From NCBI GenBank assembly GCA_032718475.1, contig JAUCBJ010009026.1, forward strand, positions 1 through 42,319: DNA of 42,319 nucleotides, written 5' to 3'. The notes under the pieces were generated by a model, which saw only the letters and a list, made by a program, of their open reading frames with translations, searched no databases and had not been told where the DNA came from. Positions 1 to 10,880 of the stretch are shown in pieces. A program made the translations under genes and the position numbers. The stretch comes from Nemertoderma westbladi (lineage: Eukaryota > Animalia > Xenacoelomorpha). Within the stretch, counting starts at the first letter, position 1, and the number at the start of each line of letters is the position of its first letter.

Positions 1-496
1 TCTTCGAGTTAATTTCCGGATCCCATTTACCGAGTTTAGAAGCTTTAGCTGTGTCTTCCATCACCGTTAACTTCTGCACGGATTCATCGGCGCTCTTTAA
101 ACCCTCTTTACGGACCTCGAGAAGACCTTGGGATACCATGGACTCTACCACATTCTCCGCGGACTCCAGATCGGGACCGCCAACGTATAATGTCCCGTAA
201 TCCCTTCCAGAGGAGGCCACCTTGGTCTCTACGGTAAAGAGAACCTCCTTACCGACTACCTTGTTGCGAAGGTATTCCCGGGCATCCCAGGCGAAGGGTT
301 CGTCCTCCTGGATGAAGCGAGATATCTGGGCGGTGGGTCGGCGGGCGAGTTTAGGAGCGGTTACGTTTGTGAAATACAGGGTTCGTTCTGGTGGCGGGCC
401 GCCCTTCGGTTGGCCTCTTATTACAACCGCGTCGCCAGATAAAACCTGCTTTACGATGCCTTTCATAACTGGAGTAGCTGGGATGCCTGTACCCAT
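1..496 (-). CDS. SND1: Staphylococcal nuclease domain-containing protein 1 (Tudor-SN/p100), N-terminal SN1 domain; CDS continues beyond the left edge of the window
   Basis: Manual translation from ATG at 496 gives 165 uninterrupted codons: MGTGIPATPVMKGIVKQVLSGDAVVIRGQPKGGPPPERTLYFTNVTAPKLARRP...DEPFAWDAREYLRNKVVGKEVLFTVE...GRDYGTLYVG...ENVVESMVSQGL...EDTAKASKLGKW. The motifs VLSG..RGQPxGGPPPER, DEPxAxxAREFLR and AKxxKxGxW are characteristic of the SND1 SN1 domain. A possible splice acceptor (tttaacgcAG) lies at 508-507, just upstream. The ORF track omits it because there is no stop codon in the window. Confidence 0.95.
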   Translation of the reverse strand, partial: MGTGIPATPVMKGIVKQVLSGDAVVIRGQPKGGPPPERTLYFTNVTAPKLARRPTAQISRFIQEDEPFAWDAREYLRNKVVGKEVLFTVETKVASSGRDYGTLYVGGPDLESAENVVESMVSQGLLEVRKEGLKSADESVQKLTVMEDTAKASKLGKWDPEINSK

Positions 497-1962
497 CTCT
501 ATCTTTCTGCGTTAAATTGTTAAATTACCGTACAAACTGCAGAACTGACAAAAGCTTTAGCTGTATACAGATTTAGCCTACACCCTACAGCCCTACTGCA
601 ACTGCTGAACTGCAGACTCGGTTGGGTTACCTAGCTACTGAGGCAGTGAGGTACTGCTGTACTACAGTAGCCTACTGGCACTGCTGCACTGACTGACTGA
701 TAGACTGGCTGACTGGCTCCTGACTTCAGTTCGTTTACGTCAGTACGTAGGCCGGTACAGAGGTAGACGTACCGCGTACCGGACCGGTCAGCCGGTACTT
801 ACTGCCTTACCGGCTGACTGGTATCAGACAGTCAGAACGACAGTACGAGTACATGGAATAGGCTGGTAGGCAGGTAGGAGTAGGCGTAGGGTAGGCTACC
901 TTACCTACCGTACTTTACTGCTTTAGTCAGTTAGTCAGTTAGTAGACATTACAGCATTAGACTGTTAGACTGTCAGATCAGACTGTTGTTAGACTAAATC
1001 CTGGGACCGTGCAGGGTGCAGCCGTGGGATGGACTGATGGACAGATGGAGCCTCTTACAGTCTTAACTCTGTAACTCGCGCTGCCTGGCTGCGACCTGCG
1101 AGCTACCAAAATTGTCATGTCGGCGCGCTGCGCTTTCGCATTGACAAAATCCCTGTGGCTGTGTGGTGTGGGTGGGTGCAGCCGCACCTGCAAGCTGTAT
1201 ATCCCACCCGTCTGCCGTCAGCCCGTCGCCACGCCACCCCACCCAGCCACCATCCATCATGTCCGTCCACTGTCTGACTGTTCATATGTTCACTGTCAGA
1301 CTGTTAGGCTACTTACAGACTTAGGCCGTTTATCTATTGCAGTATTGAAAAAAAAACAATAAAAGGAATTCAAATTTGACAATATTTTACTGAAACATTT
1401 ACTCGCTTCGGTCGCGGTTTTTACTTTTACATTGTCAATTAAAGGGCCTTTTAACGTACCGGTAGCTGCGTAGAGTTTATTGCAATATTAATTTGGACGG
1501 TAGGTTTTTTGGCGCACCTCACACCTCAACTTATAGCTGTAGGCCTATAGAGTTTATAGTGTTGGCGCGGCGCTCCATCCAGCCTTCAAAAATGCCCTGG
1601 CGCGGCGCGATTTTCATAATATCTGGCCATGGCCAGTCCAGTCCACTGGCACGGCTGGAGCACTACTGCACTATCCACTATCTGACTATCCAGCGCACTT
1701 TTTGTAAGGATTCCACTAGAGGGTTGAGGCAGTCAGGCAGTGAGGGTAGGCACTAGGCAGGCATATCAGCATATATTGATATACCGGTACCGGTCATACT
1801 GTAGTCAGTACAGCAGTACTCAGTGTCAGAGTCAGTAGTACTGTAGTAGTAGGCGTAGGCCTATATTCTAAGATTCTGATATTGGAAACTGAAACTACTG
1901 CAGTAGGCCTATTTACAGCTATACTGCAGTATTGTCTGATTGTTAGTCGTTAGTGTGACCAT

Positions 1963-4087
1963 ACTACTAGGATCGGCATGCTGCATTGCAGCTGCATTTT
2001 TAAGAATGCTGTGCCGGCTTGTCAACAAAATTGCACCGCCACAACTCCCTATCACCCATGACATTTGCTAGATCATCCGCATCTTTAAGGCCAGTGTCCT
2101 TTAAGATGCGTCTCAAGAAAGTCATGGGCTGTCCACCATGCTTATTCACTCCATGAGGCTGCCAAAGTACAAGATTATGCACTGGCTGGTCCTGACGGCG
2201 AAAGCAATGTCCTGCAAAGCGGAGGCGATTTTGTTCTAGTGTCAAGCTTGGGGGAACCAATGAGACACCTCCAATGTTATATAGTGTCTGGTTGGAGATG
2301 TGTGCATTGTACTTGACACAATGAACCCGGCGTAGCATTCTTGTGAATGTGCCATCCAGAGATTTGGTGTCCTCAGCAGTTAGAGCCCAGCATGTACTCC
2401 CGTAGAGGATTACTGGAACTACTGCTGCTCTAAATAATCGGACCTTAAGTTTCCGATTAATTCTCGGTGACTTCCAAATCCTGGAAAGCCTATTCAAGGC
2501 TGCCCATGCCTTTCCCTTACGTATTCGAAGGTCCTCACCTGACTTCCGGATCCATGATCCCAGGTAACAGAAGTCGTCCACATGCTCATCGTACTGTAGC
2601 TTAATGATCATCCGATCAGAGACTTGCTGAGGACTTTCAAAGTTAACGGTCAGAATTTTGGTCTTTCTGGAGTTAATAAAAAGACCAACACTGAACCAAG
2701 AAGCAGCATGTTCTAATGAGCTGAGGAGCCGTTGGGCTCCATCTAATGATTCTGAGAGTACTCCTAAGTCATCAGCAAAGTCTAGATCAGTTAGGTACTT
2801 GGCAGGATTTCCTCGACTTCTGGAGCCAGTAGGTGGAGTTATCATCACCCCATCATCATTATGATGATCTAAGGACATGCGTAGAACATAGTCAACCACA
2901 ATAATGAACAAGAATGGTGCAAGTGTGTCTCCTTGGAGGACACCCCATAACACTTCAAATGGTTCTGTGTCACCGTCAACAGTAGACACAAATGTTGTCG
3001 AACCATCGTATACTGATCTGATTGCTGCAATAATTTCATCAGGAATCCCATATAATGAAAGTATGCTGAACATACGTGAGCGAGAGACTGAATCAAAGGC
3101 CTTGAAGAAGTCAACAAAGATAACAGCCAGATGCCTGTCTTTCTTTTTTGATAATTCTTCAATTATCCCTCTAAGTGCCAAAATGGGCTCCATGGTCCCA
3201 CGACCTTTACGGAACCCATTCTGATTTCCACGGAGCAGTCTCTCAATGGGATCCCTGATGCGATTTAATAGAATCCTATTGTATAGCTTTGCAGCAATCG
3301 AGATCAATGAGATTCCCCGAAAAGAACCATAGAGTGTTAGGTTGCCCTTCTTGGGAACTGGCACCAACTTATTTGTTTTCATTTCTTGTGGGACTCTTGT
3401 TGTTCGGTACATGTCTACTATGATGGGATAGATGAGCTTTAAACACTCAGGTATTTTAAAGACCTCAGGGGGAACACCATCTACTCCACTGGCACGATTG
3501 GTCTTAATGCTCTTTGCAGCAGCCTTCACTTCTGCAAAGGAGATATCGCCAATGGGAATATCTGGGAGTACAGACTCAGACACTTTTACTTCTATAAAGT
3601 TATCAGGCAATACCCTGTCATTATTGAGGAGCTTTTCAAAGTGGGCTTTCCAACCATTGAGGCGATCGGCTGGTGATTCAGCCTTAACCTTGGTGGTTGG
3701 TTGGCCTTTCCACCCAGTAAGCAGATTGATTGATTTCCATGCCTGGGATGATTGCCTGCTGTCGTCAGCATCATTGATGGCATCAACCTGTTGGTTTATT
3801 AGCTCCTGTAGATTAACAGAGTACTGCCTGTTCAGGGACCTAGATGCAGCCTTAACTGCATTCTTGGCCGCTGTAGTCTGTTTGAGTCGGGACTCTTTCT
3901 GCGCCTTATGAAGGTCATTTCGGCACTTCTGAATTTTGTTGTCAGTCCAGGGGGCCCTTTTCCTGTTTCGAGGGTATACAGGAACTGTTTCTGCAGCTGC
4001 TAACTTAACTGCTTCTGTAAAGGCAGTATAGCCCTCACAGTGATCTGCCGCCTCAGAGGCAAGAGCCTCATACCTGTTGCTCAGCTG
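1963..4087 (-). mobile_element. 5'-truncated non-LTR retrotransposon (LINE), RTE/RTEX-like
   Basis: Flanked by a 12-bp direct repeat TAGTGTGACCAT (1951-1962 and 4088-4099), read as the TSD. The 3' UTR is very short and ends in a TAGTAGT tail. It carries an RT ORF without an APE endonuclease. Confidence 0.9.
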
Positions 4088-4099
4088 TAGTGTGACCAT
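2000..4099 (-). CDS. LINE ORF2 fragment: reverse transcriptase plus C-terminal region (endonuclease domain missing)
   Basis: Motifs ASGVDG, PVPKKG, RGISL, QNGFRKGR, FVDFFKAFDSV, GVLQGDTLAP, DFADD and YLG, plus the RTE-like C-terminal RLRFAGHCFR. There are no stops over 699 codons. The start ATG lies in the TSD, not in the element. Confidence 0.9.
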   Translation of the reverse strand: MVTLQLSNRYEALASEAADHCEGYTAFTEAVKLAAAETVPVYPRNRKRAPWTDNKIQKCRNDLHKAQKESRLKQTTAAKNAVKAASRSLNRQYSVNLQELINQQVDAINDADDSRQSSQAWKSINLLTGWKGQPTTKVKAESPADRLNGWKAHFEKLLNNDRVLPDNFIEVKVSESVLPDIPIGDISFAEVKAAAKSIKTNRASGVDGVPPEVFKIPECLKLIYPIIVDMYRTTRVPQEMKTNKLVPVPKKGNLTLYGSFRGISLISIAAKLYNRILLNRIRDPIERLLRGNQNGFRKGRGTMEPILALRGIIEELSKKKDRHLAVIFVDFFKAFDSVSRSRMFSILSLYGIPDEIIAAIRSVYDGSTTFVSTVDGDTEPFEVLWGVLQGDTLAPFLFIIVVDYVLRMSLDHHNDDGVMITPPTGSRSRGNPAKYLTDLDFADDLGVLSESLDGAQRLLSSLEHAASWFSVGLFINSRKTKILTVNFESPQQVSDRMIIKLQYDEHVDDFCYLGSWIRKSGEDLRIRKGKAWAALNRLSRIWKSPRINRKLKVRLFRAAVVPVILYGSTCWALTAEDTKSLDGTFTRMLRRVHCVKYNAHISNQTLYNIGGVSLVPPSLTLEQNRLRFAGHCFRRQDQPVHNLVLWQPHGVNKHGGQPMTFLRRILKDTGLKDADDLANVMGDRELWRCNFVDKPAQHS

Positions 4100-4238
4100 G
4101 GCCTACTATATATACGGCCTAACATGCCTGCGCAAAGGCCTATTTCAAAAGAGGCCAGTTTTTTTTATATCGTTTAAAACGTGTTAATAGTTACGAAATT
4201 ACGTTGTTAATAAACGTGTTAATATATAGTAGGCCATG
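4097..4238. mobile_element. 142-bp MITE, P-element-like ends
   Basis: 17-bp terminal inverted repeat CATGGCCTACTATATAT and a 7-bp direct repeat GTGTGAC at 4090-4096 and 4239-4245. The superfamily is inferred only from the CAT terminus and TSD length. Confidence 0.7.
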
Positions 4239-4399
4239 GTGTGACTGTACCAGTAGTTATTACTGTCAGACTGTAGACTGTAGTACATTATTGAAAACAA
4301 TTATCTGAATATTACAGATGGCGCACTTTCAAGACGCACTTTCAAAAAATTTCGGTAATTGGTAATCGGTTGGTTGCAGTTACAGATACCTGCGCCGGG

Positions 4400-5645
4400 T
4401 GTTCGCGCTTTCAGACCTTTGGCAGTTTAACCCACCAAATTAAGATGTCTTCTAGATATTAAATCAGTTTTTAGTCTTTGACAAGTATTTGATTCACTAC
4501 ACTAGTCGAAACCAATCCGTGCGCGACCATTCACCCGCTGGATATTCCCGGGAGATTGGGTTCGACGGTTTAATTTTATTGCTATGTAAGCCTAATGTAT
4601 TATTCGACTGACAGTATTATATAATCTCTGACAATATTATTCACCTTCGGGAATATTAACAGTTCCTTTAGGACGTGGCGCTTTATCTATATAAACAGAG
4701 TTATGACTTAAACTACTCACAACGATATGGCTTAATTATAATTCACATATATGGCGCATTCTTTAGGAATTGCTTCTTTAACAGACTCACTCATACACAA
4801 TGCTGCACGATACTGCACACTAATCTGCCAATCTTCACTGATTTTAGTCACATATAAAAGGAACACAGGCTGACTCATGTAGGGTCTATCAAATAACATT
4901 AGATTCACTTCAAACCAATTCAACATAAGTCACAATCGTTATTGGTAACCTTTCTCTCTTACCTTCGGTATATCAAGAATATTGGGTTTCGGGGTTATTT
5001 ATCGTTATTCCAAATATAATAATTCATCAACCATATTATGAAGAACTGACAGTAAATAGCAGTATAAAACAACAACTGAACACTGATTGTTACGAGTTTG
5101 CAATGTTTCAGCAGTCAGCATGTATGATCAGTCAGCAGTCCGTACTGCAGTCCGCAGTAGTCGTTAGTTAAAGGATATATGCCCTTTATAATTAAACCTA
5201 CTAGTGTAAGACTAAAAACAGTAAAGCACAAAATACTTCCAAGCCGTTCTTTCTTTGGCTCAGGACTGAATGTAAACACTGCACATAGGCATTGCGTCAT
5301 TTCTAGGAAATCTTCTGTACAAGGAGCCACAAAAACGCTCTAATTGGCTGACTGAACTGAGAGACGCCGTAGAACAAAGGAAATCAACACGTATGAATGT
5401 CAGCTGTTAACCGTAGTCATAGTAACTACTGTTCAAGAGTAGCTATCACCCCTTTGCGTCACGAATTGCCATAGAATCATAAAATATGCCTTTCACAGTA
5501 CACATACGGAGGAAATAGGTCTTAGATCCTCTAAAAACACCGATACAGCAATAATACGGTCTCTTACACTTATTAAATCAACTACAGAGTATTTTAATGT
5601 AAAAGATAATAAAAATAACGGGGCAATTCAGCAAAGGCTTTTACA
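4400..5645 (-). repeat. 3' LTR of BEL/Pao copy 1
   Basis: Sense sequence TGTAAAAGCC...CGCGAACA. About six mismatches to 15768-17013 by eye. Preceded on the sense strand by the purine tract GGGAGCGG. Confidence 0.95.
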
Positions 5646-5653
5646 CCGCTCCC
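5646..5653 (-). promoter_or_regulatory. Polypurine tract (plus-strand primer) of copy 1
   Basis: GGGAGCGG abuts the 3' LTR TG. The identical sequence is at 34279-34286 in copy 2. Confidence 0.7.
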
Positions 5654-5723
5654 AGAAAATGGGATTTTCAGTCTATAAAATATAAAAATCACAGTTTCTA
5701 AAACATAAAGATACTCTAAACAG

Positions 5724-7007
5724 TTAGTCTTTCTTACGCAGACGGCGTTTACGCAGTTTTTTGAGGCTAGCAAGAGTCTTTTTCTCTTTGGGGGGAGCCA
5801 CTTTACTAGGAGGGCCATAACTCCTGGGTGAAGGGTGCAATATGATTGCATCAGAAGGTGTAGGATTGTGGTCGAGGTATCTGCCGTTTCGATATGCTTC
5901 TCCTCGAGCTGATTTTCCTCCGCTCGTAGCTGGATACGTTCATCCAAAAACTCTCGCAGAGAATAGGATCGTCCAAGTTCGATAACTTCTTAGAGATTCT
6001 GGATTTCCCAATCGAATTGAGATAAGGCCAATTCGTTTATCGATTGGACTCACTGTTATAACTTACGTTTATCTGAACAAACGCAGGTTTCCTTTTTGAT
6101 CTTTATAAAATAGCGTTTAACTCGTTTCGTACAACGCTCTCCTTCACCTTGATGAGGGGTTGTATCGCGTTAAACGTGGACGACCATACGGTTGGATAGT
6201 GATATTAGGTGTCCGCGTCACAATCCGGTTAGGTAAGATGGGCGGCTAGCTAGAAATCACTGTCGGAGTGTTACCGATTAATTGTTAGGGTAGCACTAGA
6301 TCTTTGAACAGTGAATACAGTCCGCGAGGATCCGCGACACCACCAAGATCGCAGGTCTGAGGTCCAACTAAGGAATGAGGAGGTTTGACCGAGTATTCCG
6401 GGACTCTGATCGTAGGTTTACTCCAGGATCGTTCGAGCCGAGTGAGCATAGGTGATACGTCAACAAGTTTCGGTTTACGTGGATGTTTATGTCTTTCCGT
6501 TTATTAGTTGGGTCTAGGGCATTTATCGTAATAATACCAAAGACGCACGTCTGGTAGGGTAAACGCGGGTGATATTTATTTGTTGTTACAATGCTTCTAT
6601 CAAGAATTCCAAATATATGTTGGAGTTACCGCGTTTATTTGTTTCTTTAATGTCTTTTCTTTCGAGCCGATTTCGAATAGAATTTTCGCATTCGAATTTC
6701 AGTTTATGGTTCCGACTCCGCTGGGCAGGATATATAGTCGACATAGTCCGTATTGTGTAAATTGATAGAATGACCAGTAGTTAAGAAGCCCATATACGTA
6801 CCATTACGCTGCGTATATCGAGCGGTGAATTTCTTATAGTCCAACTCACGCGTGAGCTGCTCTTGGGACATTGGCGGTTCGATATAACGACCATCATCCT
6901 TCGTAGTAGTTGGACTAGTATCACCGCGTATCAAGCTATCAACAAACGTTTGAAAGTAGAATATATCGTTCCCCGATACCAAGACCATCTTCTATCAACT
7001 CCGTCAT
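5724..7007 (-). pseudogene. Degenerate accessory ORF (env position) of BEL/Pao copy 1, unknown function
   Basis: Homologous to 32849-34208. Fragments include MTELIEDGLG, FVDSLIRGD...YIEPPMSQEQLTRELDYKKFTARY and the C-terminus ...KEKKTLASLKKLRKRRLRKKD*. It has several frameshifts and stops. Confidence 0.55.
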
Positions 7008-7841
7008 ATCTGCTATATATGAGTTTATCCATATTATAATGAGTTTATATTTAGGCGAGCGGGCGTCGCTGCCTACCCCAATCAACCCCCGGACAGTACG
7101 AGATCCTCGGCGCCGATGTGTCGTCGCCGCTGTACTTTCGCCAACGACGTAGCCGCACAACGACAACGACAACAGGCACAAGTCACTCGACTGTCCGTCC
7201 CAAAGGCTTAGATGTACTTCAGGTATTCCTTGGAGAGTTAGGTTACTTTTACGATTGCGACTAGCTACTGTAAACACACCTTAGCAGTAACATTCACCTA
7301 TAAACTCACAAATACCACACACACAACTTGTCACAAATTACACACATTCGGGCCATTTGTCCGTTAGTCAATGCCTTCCAGAATGTCACTGTATTAGTAT
7401 GTATCCTTGGATACTAGTAGTGCGCTATTTATTCCCTATGCGATTCAATGGGACAAGCTTTCTATTGTTCTTTTAACTCAATTCTAATTCTAGCGTGGTT
7501 GTTGCTATGGTGACATTATGCAAAGCTAGCGGTAGAATTAGGGTGATTCCAATGCATACAGATCTGGGATGTTATTTAATAGTAATTCTTTAATAGTCAA
7601 TGTTCTGTTTTATACATGACTTTATGAATTTTATCGGCTATTGACTATGTTTGGGAGACTTTCACACACTCATACGCATGCTAAGATAAATCTCCGCTCC
7701 CTTGATCTATTAATTAATGGAATTTTGGGAACTTTATAAATTGCGTAAAAATGGCAATTTATTAAATTCATTAAAAGGCATGAATCTAAATTGATTCCCT
7801 GAAATTTTATTATTTGATAATTAAATGGACATATTTGGATT

Positions 7842-8116
7842 CCAGAACATGTCTGGGGACACAAGATCCTTAATTCTATGACAATTGTCTTTTTAAGAAT
7901 ATCGGTAAATACTACGATATCTTAATTGACTAGAATTATTGAAGGATCTGAATTTTACAGATTTTGATTTATTAGATTTTGCAAATATTAATTAATTAAT
8001 ATTTGAGATGGGCACCGATTTATTCCAGAACTTGTCTGGGGACGTTAACCACTGATTCTAGAATTTGTCTTTCAAGTATATCGGTGGGTGCCGCGATATC
8101 TTAATCGACTAGAATT
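7842..8116 (-). repeat. Two copies of a ~95-bp hairpin-rich module in the 3' UTR of copy 1
   Basis: 7842-7937 and 8025-8116 are diverged direct repeats, matching 31932-32026 and 31768-31860 in copy 2. Confidence 0.75.
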
Positions 8117-8666
8117 ACAGATGGTCAAAGGGTTTAACAGATTTATTTTGCGTTATACGCTACTGTTAAAGGGACATCACGCTACTATATGTATTATTTA
8201 ATATACGGTATGAGAGCAATATCGCACGAAGCAATGTCAGTGTGAAGAGGCAAGTCGTTTCCAAGGTCTACCCAGAGCTTGGTTTAGCCGAGACACGAGG
8301 ATCTGAACTTTGCATTCCTAATACTCTGCCTACCAATAATACTTGAATATAGTAGTGGCTTTATTGTACTTTAATAAGTACGGACATTTCATCTTACTGT
8401 AGTTACGTATTTGTAATGTAATACGGACAGTAAGGAAGAAGGAAAAGAATTATTTCTTGCCGTCGCATTAAATATAATATATACGTAATTAAGTAATAAA
8501 CGCGAATATATATTGCACTAATCTACTAAATAATCGCTAAAATAACATTCTACTGAATAAAATTAAAGAAAACGATTATAATAGAATTACATAGTAATAC
8601 ATACATAAATATAAAAATAATAAAATAATATAAAATAATAGAGTCACACACCCACTCCATATGTTG

Positions 8667-10880
8667 TTACGTTATGGAGTCCCTAGATGTTTGAAGGATT
8701 AGGGAGGTGGTCGTGGGAAGAGAATCTTGCCTTCCACAGTTTCCGGAGAGTCCTCCATTCCCTTCCGATAAACACAAACGACCGACTGGGTGATTGAGTC
8801 GCTGCATCCTGAATACAATTCCAGGTTTCCTCTTCGTCCTGGAATAGTGACGATAGAAACATCGCTCAAAGTATATGACGGCGTCACAAAGCCGATTCCA
8901 GGAGCTATAGTGGTCCGTCGCTCTCTGCAGGAGAGGTGAGAGTCTCTGCGAGACGTCTGATGTTCCAGAGCTCCAATCGCTCTCTCTGATCTTCATGAAG
9001 GATCCACTCGCGGAGGGGAGGCCCAGATCCACGGCGTCGTCCCTGGCAACATGTAATACCGACAGATCTATCCCGGGTTCAAATAACTTCGATCCACCCG
9101 TCCGGGTTTCAGGTTCGACTTTCTCCGCTCCCTTGGCTGGTCTAATCTCAGTCGGAGTAAGATGGGGAGGCCATTCATTCTCCTTACTCAGGAAGTCGGG
9201 TTCACCTAACCGATCTATAGTATCTGTTAGTTCTTGAGGAGTTGCTCCTCTGGAAGCGATGTCCGTTGGATTAAACTTCTTGGGGCAATATCTCCATTGA
9301 TCTACATTGGAGCTAAGATTGTCATTATCTGAGGAGTGTGGTGTTCCCTCAGTTGGGTCGTCTCCCTCACTAGTATCATCTTCCCATTCACTCACCTGGC
9401 AGACGCGATCTTGAAGCAGTCTTTCCCTGAGCGTTCTACGGGAAGGTCCAGTAAGGTACCAACCTACTCTAGTTCTTACCGCATAGGTCTGTAGTGGCTG
9501 CGGTTGAGCAGGTCGTTTCTCTAATGTCTCCAGCGCCTCATGCGCGTTTTGGCCGATGAGTATTTGCACTCCAGGATAATCAGTCTGGAATCGAGGTATG
9601 TTAAGATGTTGGATGCTCTCATCCTCGTCCCAATTATAAAGGTCTGCTTGAGTAGTAGCGAAGTTCTTTATAGCCACCATTTTCACTGACCTGATGCTAT
9701 GTTCTCCTAGTTCGTCCTGGGGGGTGGACAACGCGCCTATATAATAGTCGGCAGCTACAGTAGAATTCCAAACCTGCATGATCCCTGACATGTTTAGCTT
9801 GGTTCGGAACTTGGGTTGTCCAGCAAAGATGACTTCGGCTAGTTCCCTATCGATGAATGTTCCTGTGCTACCGGAGTCCAGGAGGGCGTTCACTATATAG
9901 CTCTTCTGAGGTCCGTGGACCCGTAACTGGACTACAGGAAATTCTCGGATTCCTATATTGGAAGTTGGCGCTTTCCAAGATGGTTGTTGATCGGAAGTAG
10001 TTAAGGTAAGGTCGCTGTCTGTGTCTTTCTCATACACAAGTGCTCGATACACTGCGGTGGTGTTTATTAGGTAACAGGATTCGTTTTGGTCGGAGAACTC
10101 GTCCGTATAGAATCCTTCCATCTCAGATTGATCAGTGTCGTTCACATCACTGAATTGGACATGTAACTCGGAATCACTTACCTGATTCGGACTATTTCGA
10201 TCGAATTCAGCGTGCAACAAGGTATGATGTTTCGCACCACACTTTGCACACCTTATGTCAGAGAAACAGGTTCGTCGTTGGTGTCCTTGTCTGAGGCAAT
10301 TATAACATAACCGCTTATCCCACATGACTTCGCGTCTCTCCGTTAATGATTTCTTTAGAAATTCATCACACCTATTCAAATAGTGGGTCCCGTCGCACAG
10401 CGCACATTTCGGTTTGATGTTACTTACCTTATTTTGAGTCACATTGTGTACACTTGCTTTTTCTTCGGGTTTTCTCACCTGAATTCTCTTGGGAGACGTG
10501 GGAGGAGTTTTTCTTACCTGTTCCCTTCTGTCATTTGTTCGAGACTTAAATTTACTTACCTGATCTTTAGGCATTTTATTCACGTAATAAGATCTATCCG
10601 TGTCCTTCCCGCTATCTTCTCCTTGAGAAGTCTGGCTTTCGCCGTCATCGGTATAACATACTGGTGTTATTTTTCTCCTAGAGACGGGTTTTTCACTTAC
10701 CTTGTTTTCCGGTGTTTTCTCTCTAGACAGTTTCAGGAGCTGTAATTTCACTTCTCCATCTAGGAATGACATGAGATCAGCCATGGTAGGGTCTCGCCGT
10801 TGTTGTTCCATCATATATAACACTTTCTTATCCCAGCGTGTACCTACTCCACCTTTAGGTAAAGTAGAAGCCACTGCTCT
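8667..10880 (-). CDS. Gag C-terminus (zinc knuckles) plus aspartic protease plus short Pol remnants; RT, RNase H and integrase core deleted
   Basis: Motifs CALCDGTHYLNRC, CYNCLRQGHQRRTC, CAKCGAKHHTLLH and ALLDSGS. Compared with copy 2, it jumps in frame from SSDND to LSSNVDQW..NPTDIASRG, and from HYSRTK to RKPGIVF. It continues the 10855-13602 ORF across a 1-nt insertion near 10881. Confidence 0.9.
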   Translation of the reverse strand, partial: RAVASTLPKGGVGTRWDKKVLYMMEQQRRDPTMADLMSFLDGEVKLQLLKLSREKTPENKVSEKPVSRRKITPVCYTDDGESQTSQGEDSGKDTDRSYYVNKMPKDQVSKFKSRTNDRREQVRKTPPTSPKRIQVRKPEEKASVHNVTQNKVSNIKPKCALCDGTHYLNRCDEFLKKSLTERREVMWDKRLCYNCLRQGHQRRTCFSDIRCAKCGAKHHTLLHAEFDRNSPNQVSDSELHVQFSDVNDTDQSEMEGFYTDEFSDQNESCYLINTTAVYRALVYEKDTDSDLTLTTSDQQPSWKAPTSNIGIREFPVVQLRVHGPQKSYIVNALLDSGSTGTFIDRELAEVIFAGQPKFRTKLNMSGIMQVWNSTVAADYYIGALSTPQDELGEHSIRSVKMVAIKNFATTQADLYNWDEDESIQHLNIPRFQTDYPGVQILIGQNAHEALETLEKRPAQPQPLQTYAVRTRVGWYLTGPSRRTLRERLLQDRVCQVSEWEDDTSEGDDPTEGTPHSSDNDNLSSNVDQWRYCPKKFNPTDIASRGATPQELTDTIDRLGEPDFLSKENEWPPHLTPTEIRPAKGAEKVEPETRTGGSKLFEPGIDLSVLHVARDDAVDLGLPSASGSFMKIRESDWSSGTSDVSQRLSPLLQRATDHYSSWNRLCDAVIYFERCFYRHYSRTKRKPGIVFRMQRLNHPVGRLCLSEGNGGLSGNCGRQDSLPTTTSLILQTSRDSIT

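Noticed and set aside
222-515. 97-aa plus-strand ORF
   Set aside because: Antisense shadow of the SND1 CDS.
4675-5330. Small ORFs duplicated at 16043-16698
   Set aside because: They lie inside the LTRs, are identical only because the LTRs are, and are not preserved intact in the copy 2 LTR.
5594-5947. 117-aa ORF DERIQLRAEENQLEEKH...
   Set aside because: Differences from copy 2 are almost all non-synonymous in this frame and copy 2 has a stop in it. The overlapping GEAYRNG frame carries the synonymous changes.
8830-9330. Copy 1 Pol deletions arising by splicing
   Set aside because: The corresponding breakpoints in copy 2 do not fit GT...AG boundaries.
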